In this document: piece after piece, positions 8,005 through 19,154 of the stretch
Position numbering within the stretch: the first letter of the stretch is position 1
Layout: every line of letters starts with the position of its first letter
Program-made: the position numbers and the translations under genes
Source of the DNA: Candidatus Saccharimonadota bacterium
Lineage (GTDB): Bacteria; Patescibacteriota; Gracilibacteria; BD1-5; UBA2023
Reading direction: 5' to 3'
NCBI GenBank assembly: GCA_046350815.1
Contig: JAXLZO010000001.1
Coordinates: 900,001 to 932,000 of the forward strand
DNA length: 32,000 bases
Notes under the pieces: model-generated
What the model saw: the letters and a program-made list of their open reading frames with translations, nothing else
Database searches by the model: none
Told to the model about the DNA's origin: nothing

Positions 8005-9468
8005 ATTTACCCAAAAAGGTATATATTTTCTATGTTTTCTTGTCTTACTATTTGGATCAAATGGCTTAATCTTTCATAAATCAACTGCTCATTTTATCAG
8101 TCTCGATGCAATTGCTGAATTCTGCTTTTCGATATTAAAACGATCACAGACAGAATCATTTGTCATAGCTTCATTTTCGAGGATGTAAGTAAGTACACAA
8201 TGCCAATAAATTGCTTGTGCTTTTTCATCATTCGTGAGCTTCGAAATCGACTTATAACGATAAAGTGTCACTCGTGTAAAATCATCACTCTTCTCTATTT
8301 TTGGATTTGGTAGTTTTTCTACCTGGAGTGCTGCTAACGCTCGATCAACTCAACTTCATCTTTTTTCACAGTGTCCTGCTCGTCTCATAAAATCAGCAAT
8401 AATCTCATTTCTTGATTTTGGGGGATGATCAAGAAACCTATCAACTTCGATCAACGGAGTCCCAGGGTTTGAGATCTCAATTCTATCATCATAAATTTCG
8501 ATAAGCACTTCAGATCACTTTGTATGAAAATCCTGATGAATAATAGCATTTGCTATAAATTCACGAAGCGTCACTTTAGGGTAATTCGTTTCACTTTTAC
8601 GAATGATCTCAATGTTTTCGATTTTTGGGATCTGTGAAATGACATAATTGATAAGACCCGGAAATGCGATAGCAAATCACTTGGATCATTTTTGATCATT
8701 TATGGTATGAAGTTTGTTGTTTCATCTGTATGTTACCACCCTTGGAGACTTGCTTTTTAGTCCAAAATTTGCAAGGTCTCTTGCAAAGAGAAATGCACAA
8801 GCATTAGTAATATCAAAAAGTCCATCGCGAGGTATTATAAGATTTTCTTGCACAAGCTTTTCTTTGGCGTTATCTTCGGAAATGGGGTCATATTTCATAG
8901 CCTCACAGTATCATTTCCAATCAATTAATTCAAAGATATCCACCTCAGTAACACGAGACATAGCAATGTCTGTATCAAAATTAGAATGAAGAAGAGTCTC
9001 CCAAAGTTGAGCTTCTAGTGTTTTAGATTGTTTAACGGGCTTAGTATAGCTTTCGATGCGAATGTAAGATACGTTTTCATATGTCACTGGCGAGATTGTA
9101 GCGGGTTGGATAATACATACTACCATTCTTAGTGAGTCCTTGTAATCATTAACTTCAAAAAAATTGAATCAAAAAAATCAAGATAATTGTCGTTGTAAAT
9201 AGGGTATAAGATCCTCATTTCATTTTCCTTTTTGAAGTCTTGGGTTGAAAGTTGTTCCGACAGGAGAATGATCATCAGGATTGATTCCAAAAATGATATA
9301 AGCATCAGATCGTCAGTGAATTCTTGCCATATTAGCGAGAGCGGAAATATTTGCCCCCAGTTCTTCGGTAGAATGAAAGTTTTGCTTAAATTCACACCAA
9401 GGGAGTTCTAATTTTTTTCACTCAGACAGGCAATAGTCTATGATTTGAATTATTTTTGATGATTCCAT
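8002..9468 (-). CDS. AlbA_2 (Schlafen-like) + HATPase_c_4 + C-terminal wHTH ATP-binding protein (488 aa)
   Basis: N-terminus 'ELPWCEFKQNF...ISALANMA..GRSDAYIIFGI', middle 'LREFIANAIIHQDF..IEIYDDRIEISNPG..SRNEIIADFMRRAGHCEKRG(TGA)SG(TGA)VDR', C-terminus 'KYIPFWVN'. About 20 in-frame TGA. Starts 7 nt after the hsdR stop. Confidence 0.8.
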
Positions 9469-9475
9469 ATATTTC

Positions 9476-11782
9476 TTACTTACTATATAAACTCTCCTGT
9501 ACTCGGTAGTACGCCTCACGGAGTGCTTTGTTGCCTCCGAATGCCTTGGCAAGATCCGTGGTTGTCCCTTGGGCGAAGAGCTTGATCTTAGCTGAAAGAT
9601 CACTCGGTCCAAAATCTCGGATCCCATTGCGAACGTAGAGCGAGAGAAGAAAATCGATGAAATTTTGTGCGGTGAGTGACTCGTATGGTGTGATGACACC
9701 CTCAGCAAATGACCGACGTTCCTCGCGATAGTGGATCGGTGATCCAAAGGAGAGATGGGCGAGGATATCGAATATATCCGAGTCCTCAGCCTCGAACATC
9801 CTCGTGAGGTCCTCGATCTGATCATCTCCGATCCCGAATGATGAGAGATGTGAGAGGAGGGCGGTGCGGGTGTCCGGATCTGCCCAGATTTTGCGAAGCT
9901 CTGATTCATCACTGTAGAGAGATGGAAGCTTGAGTGCGAGCTTGTGGAGGAAGTCTCTCGATGAGAGGAGTTTGCCGGTCTCAGGGTCGATGTAGCGAGT
10001 CTCGATATCGATCACCTTGATCTCACGATCAGAGTCGAGTCGGACGACGAGTGTCTCGGTTCTTGGTTTTGGTTCTCTCGGTACAATATCTCACATATCT
10101 CCTCCATTTGGTGGATTGTGTGGTGGGGGAGTTGCTGGATCTTCCATAACACCACCATCCCATATCTCATCCCGAAAGGTATTGGTCGCACCAGTGAAAT
10201 CATAGATCGTGAAAAAATCCTTGCCATCATAGAGGCGAGTCCCACGACCGATGATCTGCTTGTACTCGACGATGGATCCGATATTTCGCACGAGGACGAT
10301 ATTGCGGACATTGAGCGCATCGACTCCCGTTGTGAGCATTTGAGAGCTCGTGAGGATCGTCGGGATCGTCTTGTCATTGTCCTGAAATCGCTCAAGATAC
10401 GCTCGACCAATCTCTTTTTCATCTGAGGTCACACGCACACAATAGTCTGGATCGCTGATAGTCTTGTATTTGTTGATCGCGTCTCGCATCTTGAGTGCAT
10501 GAGTCTGATCCACACAAAATATGATGGTCTTGTCCATCGGTCGGATCTGTCGGAGGATCTCCGCTGCTATGAAGTCTGTCCGTTCATCCACGATAATCGA
10601 TCGGTCAAAATCATTAGCAAGATAGACTCATTTTTTGTCTTCCCCTTGGATGATCTGATCTCCACTCGTGAGAGCGAGTTCGTCGATATTGAGCTTGATT
10701 CTTTTGATCTTGAATGACGTGAGGAATCCATCATCGATCCCTTGGGCGAGGGAGTATTCGTAGACGGGCTTGCCAAAATAGTTGTAGGTATCGACATTAT
10801 CGTCTCGCTTCGGAGTTGCGGTGAGTCCGAGGTGAACGGCAGGGGAGAAGTACTTGAGGATCTCTGCCCAGTTGCCATCCTCTCTCGCACCACCTCGATG
10901 ACACTCATCGATGATGATGAGATCAAAAAAATCTCTCTCGTATCGATTGTAATATGACTCGAGAATTTCTTCCGGGTTCTCCTCACTTGCACCACCTGAG
11001 AGCGCCTGATAGATAGCGAAGAAGATATTCGCATTCGTCGGGACGACTCATCATCGTCTCTTGATCTCGGATCCATTGATCTTGAGACAGTCTTTCTCCA
11101 GCGGGTTGAATGTATTCATCGCCTGATCCACGAGAATATTGCGATCGGCGAGGATGAGGATACGAGGTCGACGAGTGCCGATCCCATCACGAGACCACCG
11201 AGTTTGAAAGAGCTTGTACGCGACCTGAAAAGCAATCACTGTCTTACCGGTACCGGTCGCGAGGGTGAGGAGGATACGATCTCTACCTTCAGCAATATTC
11301 TCCATTACCCGAGAGATGGCGATCTCCTGATAGTATCTCGGACGCTTTGCAGAGACAAAATACGGCTCCCTGAGGAGAATCTCTTTAGCATGATTATCCG
11401 ATCCGATCACTCTCTGATAGAGCTCCTCAGGTGTCGGATATCGCTCGATAAAATCTCACTTGCCAAGGGTGAGATCAAACTCATAAATCTCCCGTCCATT
11501 CGTCGAGTAGACATATCGCAGAGCGAGAATTTTTCCGTATTCCTTGACCTGTTCGAGTCACTCAGTCGGATGGAGATCGTATTTTTTCGCTTCGATAGTA
11601 GCAAGATTGACCCCGTTGTATTTGAGAAGATAGTCGGCAAATTTTTGCTTGCCTTTGCCACCGACAAACTTGCGTCCATTGGTGAAGGTATACTCACGGA
11701 TGATGTGTGACTCGTCCCATCAGTCAGATCGTAGCTTCGGATCTATGTATTTTGCTCGGGTGTCGGATTCGGAGTGGGTCAT
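9476..11782 (-). CDS. hsdR: type I restriction enzyme R subunit HsdR (768 aa) with an EcoEI-type C-terminal domain
   Basis: 'TRAKYIDPKLRSDG(TGA)W', 'RYYQEIAI', 'LATGTGKT', 'IIIDECHRG', 'LGLTATP', 'SSQMLTTGVD', 'QIIGRGTR', C-terminus 'ELRKIWADPDTR..'. Seven in-frame TGA, TAA stop. The full frame was checked by hand. Confidence 0.9.
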
Positions 11783-11855
11783 GATGACTTGATCAATTGG
11801 CGAAATTATACGATATTTGTCAAAAAAGGAAACGGAAACAAAATAAGATTCAATG

Positions 11856-11883
11856 TTAAAAAAATTCCCGTTTTTGGGAATTT
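11856..11883 (-). terminator. rho-independent terminator after CDS 11883..12350
   Basis: AAATTCCC-N6-GGGAATTT stem overlapping the stop codon, followed on the minus strand by a T run. Confidence 0.55.
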
Positions 11884-12350
11884 TATCTGTACCAATCGGT
11901 GCATGGATAGGAGCTCTCTACCCATTGTGATGGACCATAGTAGGTTCGGTAGGTGCAAGAGTATCAATTCTGATAACTTCTACGAAGCGGTTCGCAACGA
12001 TTTCGGCTCGTATCCCACTGATAGTCATCACCACATTTACATCCACCAGATGTATTCGGGATCGACCCGATGCCGTATTCTCTTTGACATGAGTAGGTAG
12101 TCCTATCGGTCGTATAGTTATTATAATAATACGGATAGGAATAAGTAGGTGTGAAATATACTGGATTACTCGGATAAGTAACTGTATATCTCGGAGTATA
12201 ATAGTAATCGTAGTCGTTCTGGTAGTAATGATGAAACCGATGACCACTTATGCCAGATGGCTCATCATAGTATCGTGCTGCATCAACACTCAGAACTCAT
12301 CCAATCATGACTGAAAGTATGATTGTAAGAAATGCAATGAAGTATTTCAT
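11883..12350 (-). CDS. secreted Tyr-rich, Cys-containing small protein (155 aa)
   Basis: Signal-peptide-like 'MKYFIAFLTIILSVMIGGVLSVDA', then Y/T/P-rich repeats ('YYQNDYDYYYTPRYTVTYP..YSYPYYYNNY') and six Cys. Two in-frame TGA. Confidence 0.6.
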
Positions 12351-12438
12351 AAAAGAAGTTGAAAATAGTGTAAAGATTTTATGTAATAATGTTACATATT
12401 CAAGTATTGATAATTTGTCAAGTATTCAAGAGATCTTC

Positions 12439-13011
12439 TTAAGGTATTTTAACTTCTATATCATATTTTGTAAGGAGTCCAGCAATTCATGTGAGTGAGA
12501 ATTTTGCTTTTAGTATGGTGTTGTTTTCTGGATCAATAATGTAGTTAAATGACGAAGAAAAATCCGTTTTTTCAAGATTGGTACGGTGAAATATCGCACC
12601 GAAGAGATTGCACTCATCCAATACGCAAGAACTCATATTTGCACCAGTCAAGTCAACTTCTTGGAGATCGCATTTGATAAACTTGGTTTCTCTGAGGGGA
12701 AGATTGAGAAACTGTGCATATTTGAGAATACAATTTTCAAACGAAACTCACAGAAGAAAAGTACTACAAAGATCGAGTCGAAAACCAACCATTTTGCAAT
12801 CGATAAATTGTACTCCATCGAAAGTTGATCAAGAAGTTTTTACAAGGCTGAGATCACAATTCTGAAAGGTACAATTTCTCATCGTTGTATTGGATATATT
12901 TGATTCGTAGAAACTGCAATTAATGAAGTTGCAGCCTTCATATTCTCATGCCTTCAAAGGGAGAGTGGTATAATCTTCTTTCTTAAAAACAGCATTTTCT
13001 ATCAACATCAT
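12439..13011 (-). CDS. pentapeptide-repeat protein, Qnr/MfpA-like (190 aa)
   Basis: 'NAVFKKEDYTTLPLKAG(TGA)EYEGCNFINCSF..', continuous A(D/N)LxX-type pentapeptide periodicity, C-terminus 'LKAKFSLTGIAGLL'. Starts 2 nt after the corA stop. Confidence 0.85.
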
Positions 13012-13012
13012 A

Positions 13013-13921
13013 TTATCTATCAAGATATTTTGCGAGTATATAGGTGAGTCCTGCAGTAATTACAATAAAGAGTATGATCGTCACAAATATAACATCATCT
13101 CGAAAAGGGGGTGAGGCCATATTCATTCAGAAAAAACTCGTCACGAGCGTAAGTGGCAACATGAATGCTGAAAAGTAGGTGAGATATTTGATCGTTGTAT
13201 TCGTCTCAAGATCGAAGAGTGACTTCATGGTCTCTTCGAGTGATTCAATATTCTCATGAATAAGTTCAATCTCTGCAACAATCTTATCAACCTTATCTTC
13301 GAGATTCTCAAAGTAGAGCTCGAGAGAGTCTTCGTAGAGTGCATTCATTCGTTGCTCAAGTATGCGAAATACTCTCTGCTGCGGTGTGATCATATGCTTA
13401 AGCGCAATAATGTTGCGCTTCTTCACCATAATATCTCGGATTACCTGTGCTTTATTCCCTCGGCTAACGATACGTTTTTCGAGAGCGATCATATCACGAC
13501 TGAATCGATCGAGTGTTCTAAGTGTCTTATCGAGCATCAGATCAATCATATCATAGAGAAGATATCCGGTAGAGAGTGATTTTTTTTCTTTGAGTTCCTT
13601 ATTCTTGTAGATGTCATGAAGTTCATCAACGGCTGCTGACTCATAATATCGACACATCACAAGATATTCTCGTGAGAGAAATATATCAAATTCATTCTTG
13701 ATGTATTGCCGCGTCTTGGTATCGTATTTTGGAAAGTGGAGTATGACAAATATATACTCATCATAGGTATCGACACGAGCAATCGGATTGTCTTCGAGGA
13801 TTGCTTCACGATCAAGTTCATGAAAAGGAAATCGACGAAATATAGTATATATTTCGTCGTCTTGTGGGTTATTGAGATCAATCCAAAGTGTATCAGGACT
13901 GATGACTTGTTCGAGCATCAT
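13013..13921 (-). CDS. corA: CorA-family Mg2+/Co2+ transporter (302 aa)
   Basis: The track ORF ends at TGA 13127-13129, which is the Gly of the signature 'FFG-M-N'. The frame continues through a second TM helix to TAA at 13013. Confidence 0.9.
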
Positions 13922-13939
13922 AGGGGAGGAGGCTAAGAA

Positions 13940-14641
13940 CTAAACCATGATTTCTACACCATCTTCAGAGTCTGCGAGGAGCTCCGTATGCAAAAATTTA
14001 CTGATTTCAAATGCGTTTAATATTCCCTGTTCCAATTCAGATATGTTGTCATTCGACGATACAACGATGAAGAGGGGATAGAGTGCCTCTCGCATATCTT
14101 TGTTCTTGGAGAGAGTTTTGAGGAGTTCAAAAGTGCCAATACTATAGCCGTCTGCAGCATAGAGAAGATCGATATGATCATAATGAGCTTCATCTTGGGT
14201 ATTTGCAAAATCAACAATAGATCATCCAAAGGAATAACCGAATTTTCCATATGAAAAATCTGATATAGGATTGATATGTTCGAAGAAAAGTGTTGAATCA
14301 GCCTGAAGGTGACTATCTCGTTCATCAGGATCTCACTCAGCCTCAACGAGTGCACTATCTCAGCGATACATAACAACTGGAGTAACAATATCTCCTATCC
14401 ACCGTTCAGGATTAATCTTAACGATAGTATCAATTGGTATAATAACTGCATCGAAGACGGTATCTTCGATGGTTCGACGAGCATAGAGCTGAAGATCTTG
14501 TTCTGATCAGAAAGCAAGAATGATGTCTTTTGAATGGTATATCTCGAGCTTGCTTGCCTCGGATGCAAGGAGCTTCAGGTCAAAATGTGCGATGATAGCA
14601 TTTTTGAGAGTGGGATTTTTTGTGATATAAGCAATTTGCAT
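13940..14641 (-). CDS. hypothetical protein (233 aa) with a weak CheY-like receiver resemblance at the C-terminus
   Basis: ATG 14641, four in-frame TGA, TAG at 13940. 'HIDLLYAADGYSIGTFELLKTL......LYPLFIVVSSND' resembles the REC beta3-alpha3-beta4 region. First gene of the corA operon. Confidence 0.5.
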
Positions 14642-14696
14642 AGATTTTTTTGAGAGTTCTGATTATACTATCATTTTTTAATAAGAAAGTTTTTTT

Positions 14697-15089
14697 ATGG
14701 ATATTTGATTTGTTTTAATTTTAATTTTTGTTGGAATTATTGCTTTTGCACTTGGAATGAGTGTTGCGAAAAGTCATGAATGATCGATTCGAAAAGACGC
14801 AGTCGATCGATCAAAAAGCGTGATACTCTGAGGGGTCTATGAACATACTGCACCACTTCTCCCATGATTTCCGTATGCTCTCAAAGATATGATTTTTCTC
14901 TGAAAATGAGTGGATTATGTCGTATTTGATGGACTTTCAGAGCATGGAAGCATTCGTGAAGTAGTATTTATCGAAGTGAAAACAAATAAATCATCGCTCA
15001 ATCATCGAGAAAAAGCTATCAAGCAAGCAATTGAATCAGGGAAAGTATCATATCGAGTGATGCGTTATGATACAAATAACGAAAAATAG
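14697..15089 (+). CDS. membrane-anchored Holliday-junction-resolvase-like endonuclease (130 aa)
   Basis: N-terminal TM helix, then 'RKDAVDRSKSVILGG..EHTAPLLPG(TGA)FPY..KDMIFLG(TGA)KG(TGA)VDYVVFDGL...VVFIEVKTNKSSLNHREKAIKQAIESGKV'. Seven in-frame TGA. Confidence 0.65.
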
Positions 15090-15162
15090 ATATTCGTATG
15101 AAAAAAGTTTGACTTCAAGCCAAATTTTTATATATTTCTCCCGTCTTCAGACAAAGTGATAT

Positions 15163-15237
15163 TCCTCGATAGCTCAGTGGTAGAGCAACTGGCTGTTAAC
15201 CAGTGGGTCACAGGTTCGAGCCCTGTTCGGGGAGCCA
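15163..15237 (+). tRNA. tRNA-Asn (anticodon GTT), CCA encoded
   Basis: Acceptor stem TCCTCGA/TCGGGGA, D arm GCTC..GAGC, anticodon loop CTGTTAA, T arm ACAGG-TTCGAGC-CCTGT. Confidence 0.95.
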
Positions 15238-15258
15238 TATAGTAAATCAATCATCAAA

Positions 15259-15291
15259 AGCATGAGTATTCCGCATACTGATGCTTTTTTT
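15259..15291 (+). terminator. rho-independent terminator after tRNA-Asn
   Basis: 11-bp stem AGCATGAGTAT/ATACTGATGCT (one mismatch) followed by T6. Confidence 0.6.
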
Positions 15292-15430
15292 GCGAGGTTC
15301 TAACCTTGAAAGAGCGCTTTCTGGAGAGATCTACATTTTGGTAGACTGTATAATTTTTTTGTTTTTGTGTATTTTTATAATGAGATTATCCTCGATATAA
15401 GTTTTTAATTAAAAAAGCACTATCCCATCT

Positions 15431-15922
15431 ATGAAAAAGAAAAATATTGAGAAAACTGAAAGAACACCATTTACTTTACGCCAAGCAACCGCCGAAGATC
15501 TACACTTTCTTTTTAGAGTATCTACCGAAGCAATGAGACCGGTCAATAAGGCTATTAATCCTGGTAAAATTGTTGATTTAGAAAAAGAACTTGAAATATA
15601 TACAGCAAAATTTGATCCTGAGGAGATCGAAGTAATCCAGTATCAAGATCAGGATGTAGGGCGTTTGCGCGTCGTTCGCTTAGCTGAATCCATATATGTA
15701 GGTGGTATACAGATATTACCCGAGTATCAAGGCAAGGGTATAGGTACAGGGATCTTTACTGATCTGATTCAAGAGTCCAAAAAATCTAACAATCCTATCC
15801 TACTGGAAGTACATAATGTAAACTCTCATGCTCTGAGTTTTTATATAAAACTTGGTTTTGAGAAAAGTGGAAAAACTGATACTCAAACTATATTGCAGTT
15901 CTGACATTACCAATGTTTATAA
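15431..15922 (+). CDS. GNAT-family N-acetyltransferase (163 aa under code 25; 157 aa if TGA 15902-15904 is a stop)
   Basis: 'VGGIQILPEYQGKGIGTGIF' is acetyl-CoA-binding motif A. There is no internal TGA. The first TGA sits where homologues would be expected to end, and TAA follows six codons later. Confidence 0.8.
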
Positions 15923-16081
15923 CTGAGCTTCAACCAGAAATCTCAGATTCCATCTGGAATTTATGAATTATATATCTGCTTCAAGAAATTTCTTCAAGTT
16001 ATCTAAACCCAGGGTATCTTTGTTCTAGTGATAGGTCTATATCCCAAAAATTTGTACACTTTCAATGGTCTTTGGATTAAG

Positions 16082-16113
16082 AAAAACCCGCACTCCTCAG
16101 TGTGGGTTTTTTT
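16082..16113. terminator. bidirectional terminator between convergent genes
   Basis: ACCCGCAC-N7-GTGTGGGT stem flanked by A5 and T7. Confidence 0.6.
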
Positions 16114-16120
16114 ATAAGAG

Positions 16121-16486
16121 TTATGTATTTCACAGCTCTGATGAAGGGATAGTATCCCGAACAGACCATGAACGTACAAAGTGTGCCTGAGAAAGAAAGG
16201 CTTCTTGGTAGACGATAGCAATATTGTTTTCGATGAGCCACTTCTCCAGACAAAGCCTGTAATCCTCATGAAAGAGCATAATACTCATTCCGTAAAGCTG
16301 CTCCCGAGCGTAGAGATGTAATTGATATGCCAAGGTTTCAGCATCTTTATAATTACATAAAGAATTGATATGGTTGAGACGATATCTTTTCACAAGCGCG
16401 CTGAACCAACTTTGAATATCACGATTCATACGTCTTTGTAATTCAATCGAACTCATGCATGGGCCATATTTTGATGTATTGCTCAT
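16121..16486 (-). CDS. hypothetical protein (121 aa under code 25; 118 aa if TGA 16130-16132 is a stop)
   Basis: Intact ORF with no internal TGA. The first TGA is followed by TAA three codons later. Confidence 0.5.
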
Positions 16487-16666
16487 AAAACCTCCTCGTT
16501 ATTTATGAACTCAATGATTATACCTACAAAAAATGGATGTCAATATATTGGATAATATACACAATGAACAAACTATGAAATATTAAAGTAAGGTAAAATT
16601 CGGTACTATATAAGGCTTTCTATTGTATATTCATTCAAAAATTTTTTAGACATTGTACTATTATTA

Positions 16667-16696
16667 TTGACAATATAATTAAATATGTTGTAAAAT
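16667..16696 (+). promoter_or_regulatory. sigma70-like promoter for the M23 peptidase gene
   Basis: TTGACA (16667-16672), 18-nt spacer, TAAAAT (16691-16696). Confidence 0.45.
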
Positions 16697-16750
16697 TTGC
16701 TTTTTAAAAATTAATATGCTAGTATCTCTACGTTATTTAGATTTATCTGC

Positions 16751-18316
16751 ATGAATTTCACCACCAAACCGCTCTGGATGTCTCGCATCTATCGAAAGAG
16801 AATGTTTCATATATGGAGTGCGAATGCATTTTTGGCTGTTGTTCTTGTATCAACCCAAATACTCATTAGCTATCTTTCTGGAGCAAATGCAGGCACATCA
16901 AGTGCTCAGAATCTTAAAAGTGAGCCATTTGATGGGGTAATTATGCCTATTGCCAAGATCCCAGACTGGTCAATCGGCTATACCGATAAGAAACTTCGTT
17001 TTGATGATATACCGAAGGATATGCTTATGGATTTGCCAACATATGACCCAAATGAACTTCTTCAAGCTCCAACAAATCGTAGCATTACGAATGCACGCTA
17101 TACGTTTATAACTCCCTATATGGGTAGCTATCGTGGAAATTATCAAGAACATGATGGTTCTCATCTAGCAGTGGATATACGGGCACCACTTGGAACTCCC
17201 GTTGTTGCTGTAGCAAATGCAATCGTATCAAAAGTAAAAACTGATCCTGCTGGCGATGGGATATATGTAGTACTTAAGCATGATAGTGTGCCTCTAAGCG
17301 ATGGCAACTCATCTCTTTATTCGTCATATCTTCATCTTGAGGATACAACGGTAACACTTGGTCAGAAGATACAAAAATGAACAGTGATAGGTCATGTATG
17401 AATGACGGGTATTACAACAACGCCACATCTTCACTTTCAAGTTGATAGGGCAAGCGCTCCGTTTCATCCATATTGGCCATATGACTCAAATGATCTTAAG
17501 AATGCAGGAATATCATTTTTTGAGTGAGTCAATACTAGCCTTGGAAAGGACAAAGCTGATCTCTATACATACAGTCCAATGAGCTTTGTACAATGAAAAC
17601 TCACAACATGAGTATCGACAAATATTCCAATTCTCTCAAGTGCTCCAAATAAGCCAACATCTCAATCGCTCGCTCTTGATAATGAAGCAAAACTAAACTC
17701 TAGTAAACCAAATAATAGCATTATTCCTTCTGTTATTTTGCCAACAAAACCATCTGAATCTCTCCTAGTATCAAACGGAAATTTTAAGGATATTGATCCG
17801 AATTCATCACTCAAAAATGCTGTCGCATACCTGAAGGAGAGAGGAGTTGTTAATGGTTACCCCGATGGAAGTTTCGGTGTAGCACGAAATGTTACGCGTA
17901 AAGAATCCGTACTCCTGATATCTAGACTCTTTGGAATACAAGTAGGGGAGTGAATTTCAACACCTTTTAGTGATATACCAAAGACGGATAGTTTTGCACG
18001 AACTGCAAGTCGATTTGTTGATCTTGGCATCCTCAAAGCACAAGGAAAATTTCGCCCGAATGATATTGTAACCAAATGAGAGCTTGCAACTATGCTTGTT
18101 CGAGCAAGCTCGCTCTCTCCAGTAGCCTCACCAAATATCTATACTGATGTATCTGAGTCGAATAGTCTACGCCCATATCTCAATAGCTATGCGCTTCAGA
18201 CGAATACAAGTGGTAAATTCAACGCTGAAACCATCATTACTCGCGGTCAAACCGCTGAGATGCTCTATGGATGGGCTGAACGTGGAAAAGGATGATTTGC
18301 TCTGAATCTTGAATAG
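16751..18316 (+). CDS. M23-family metallopeptidase with three C-terminal SLH domains (521 aa)
   Basis: '[10 protein letters not shown]', 'YSSYLHL', 'IGHVG(TGA 17399-17401)[14 protein letters not shown]'. Three repeats of the 'F.DI....L..AV..L...GVV.GYPDGSF' SLH type. N-terminal TM/signal segment. About 8 in-frame TGA. Confidence 0.85.
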
Positions 18317-18318
18317 GT

Positions 18319-18693
18319 ATGGAACGACTTCTTCTCGACCCAAAAGAAGTATACGGGTTTCTTCCGCATGCGAGAGCGAGTGATGATGTTATTAGATTAA
18401 TTCAAGAACGACGAAGAGATATTCTAAAAGATGTTCCCGTATTTCCGATACCAACAGAGTATCAAGAGGATTCACCATATAGATTTCTTCTGTGCGATGG
18501 AAATCATAGAAGAGAGGGGTATGAACGATGTATTCTTTTGCTCCCAAGTGCGCTTTATGAACCAAAAGAAAAAATCGAGATTGAGAGAGATGATCTGTCT
18601 CCATTTAGAGCCGCGAATCATCCAAGAATTTTTGAACGACTCATACTCATTTTTCTAAGAAGACATGAATTCCGAAATGATTTAGAATGCTAA
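18319..18693 (+). CDS. small ParB/Srx-fold-like protein (124 aa)
   Basis: The 'FLLCDGNHRREG' motif resembles the ParB N-terminal/nuclease-like 'DG.HR' box. TAA stop, no TGA. Confidence 0.45.
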   Translation: MERLLLDPKEVYGFLPHARASDDVIRLIQERRRDILKDVPVFPIPTEYQEDSPYRFLLCDGNHRREGYERCILLLPSALYEPKEKIEIERDDLSPFRAANHPRIFERLILIFLRRHEFRNDLEC

Positions 18694-18705
18694 ATATCTT
18701 TTAAT

Positions 18706-18735
18706 AAACCTCCATTGTATGGGGGTTTATTTTTC
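18706..18735 (+). terminator. rho-independent terminator
   Basis: AAACCTCC-N7-GGGGGTTT stem followed by ATTTTTC. Confidence 0.55.
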
Positions 18736-18752
18736 TATTAACTGATCTCACG

Positions 18753-19151
18753 CTATATATATACTTCAACTACAGAATCAAAAGACTCAGGCATTTCTAA
18801 GAACTTCTTCCAGCCTTCTAAAGCTGCTTTCACTTCTGTAATAGGAAATGTTTCTATAGGCCAATTAGGATCATTATTATCGGCTAGCGAGAAATGAATT
18901 GTAACTTCATATTTTGTAGCAATGGCATCAAAATGGTTACTTGATATATCTTCATAATCAGATAGTCCTAATTGCATTCGCGATAACCCATCAATCGCCC
19001 ATTTAGTTACTATTTTACTATCAAAGTCACGTAAGTAGCTACAAAGATACTTGTCATAGCGATTAGTGGTGATATTTCCTGAGGATGTATGAATTCTTTT
19101 CTGAAGATAATCTCCAGTATCGAAATAGGTATATTTAAGAGTCATATTCAT
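18753..19151 (-). CDS. hypothetical protein (132 aa)
   Basis: Intact ORF with a TAG stop and no TGA. Starts 4 nt after the yggU-like stop. Confidence 0.55.
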   Translation of the reverse strand: MNMTLKYTYFDTGDYLQKRIHTSSGNITTNRYDKYLCSYLRDFDSKIVTKWAIDGLSRMQLGLSDYEDISSNHFDAIATKYEVTIHFSLADNNDPNWPIETFPITEVKAALEGWKKFLEMPESFDSVVEVYI

Positions 19152-19154
19152 ATA

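Noticed and set aside
9418-11697. Long track ORFs 9418..9912, 10012..10422, 10567..11076 and 11407..11697 (Ser/Arg-rich) as separate genes
   Set aside because: They are off-frame shadows of hsdR. Their composition is biased, they have no motifs, and the hsdR frame explains the whole interval.
11918-12247. 109-aa Ile/Thr/Arg-rich ORF
   Set aside because: It is an off-frame reading of the Tyr-rich secreted-protein gene. The other frame has a signal peptide, a start codon and a terminator.
14017-14388. 123-aa hydrophobic track ORF
   Set aside because: It is out of frame with the 233-aa ORF (13940..14641), which spans the whole interval and has protein-like composition.
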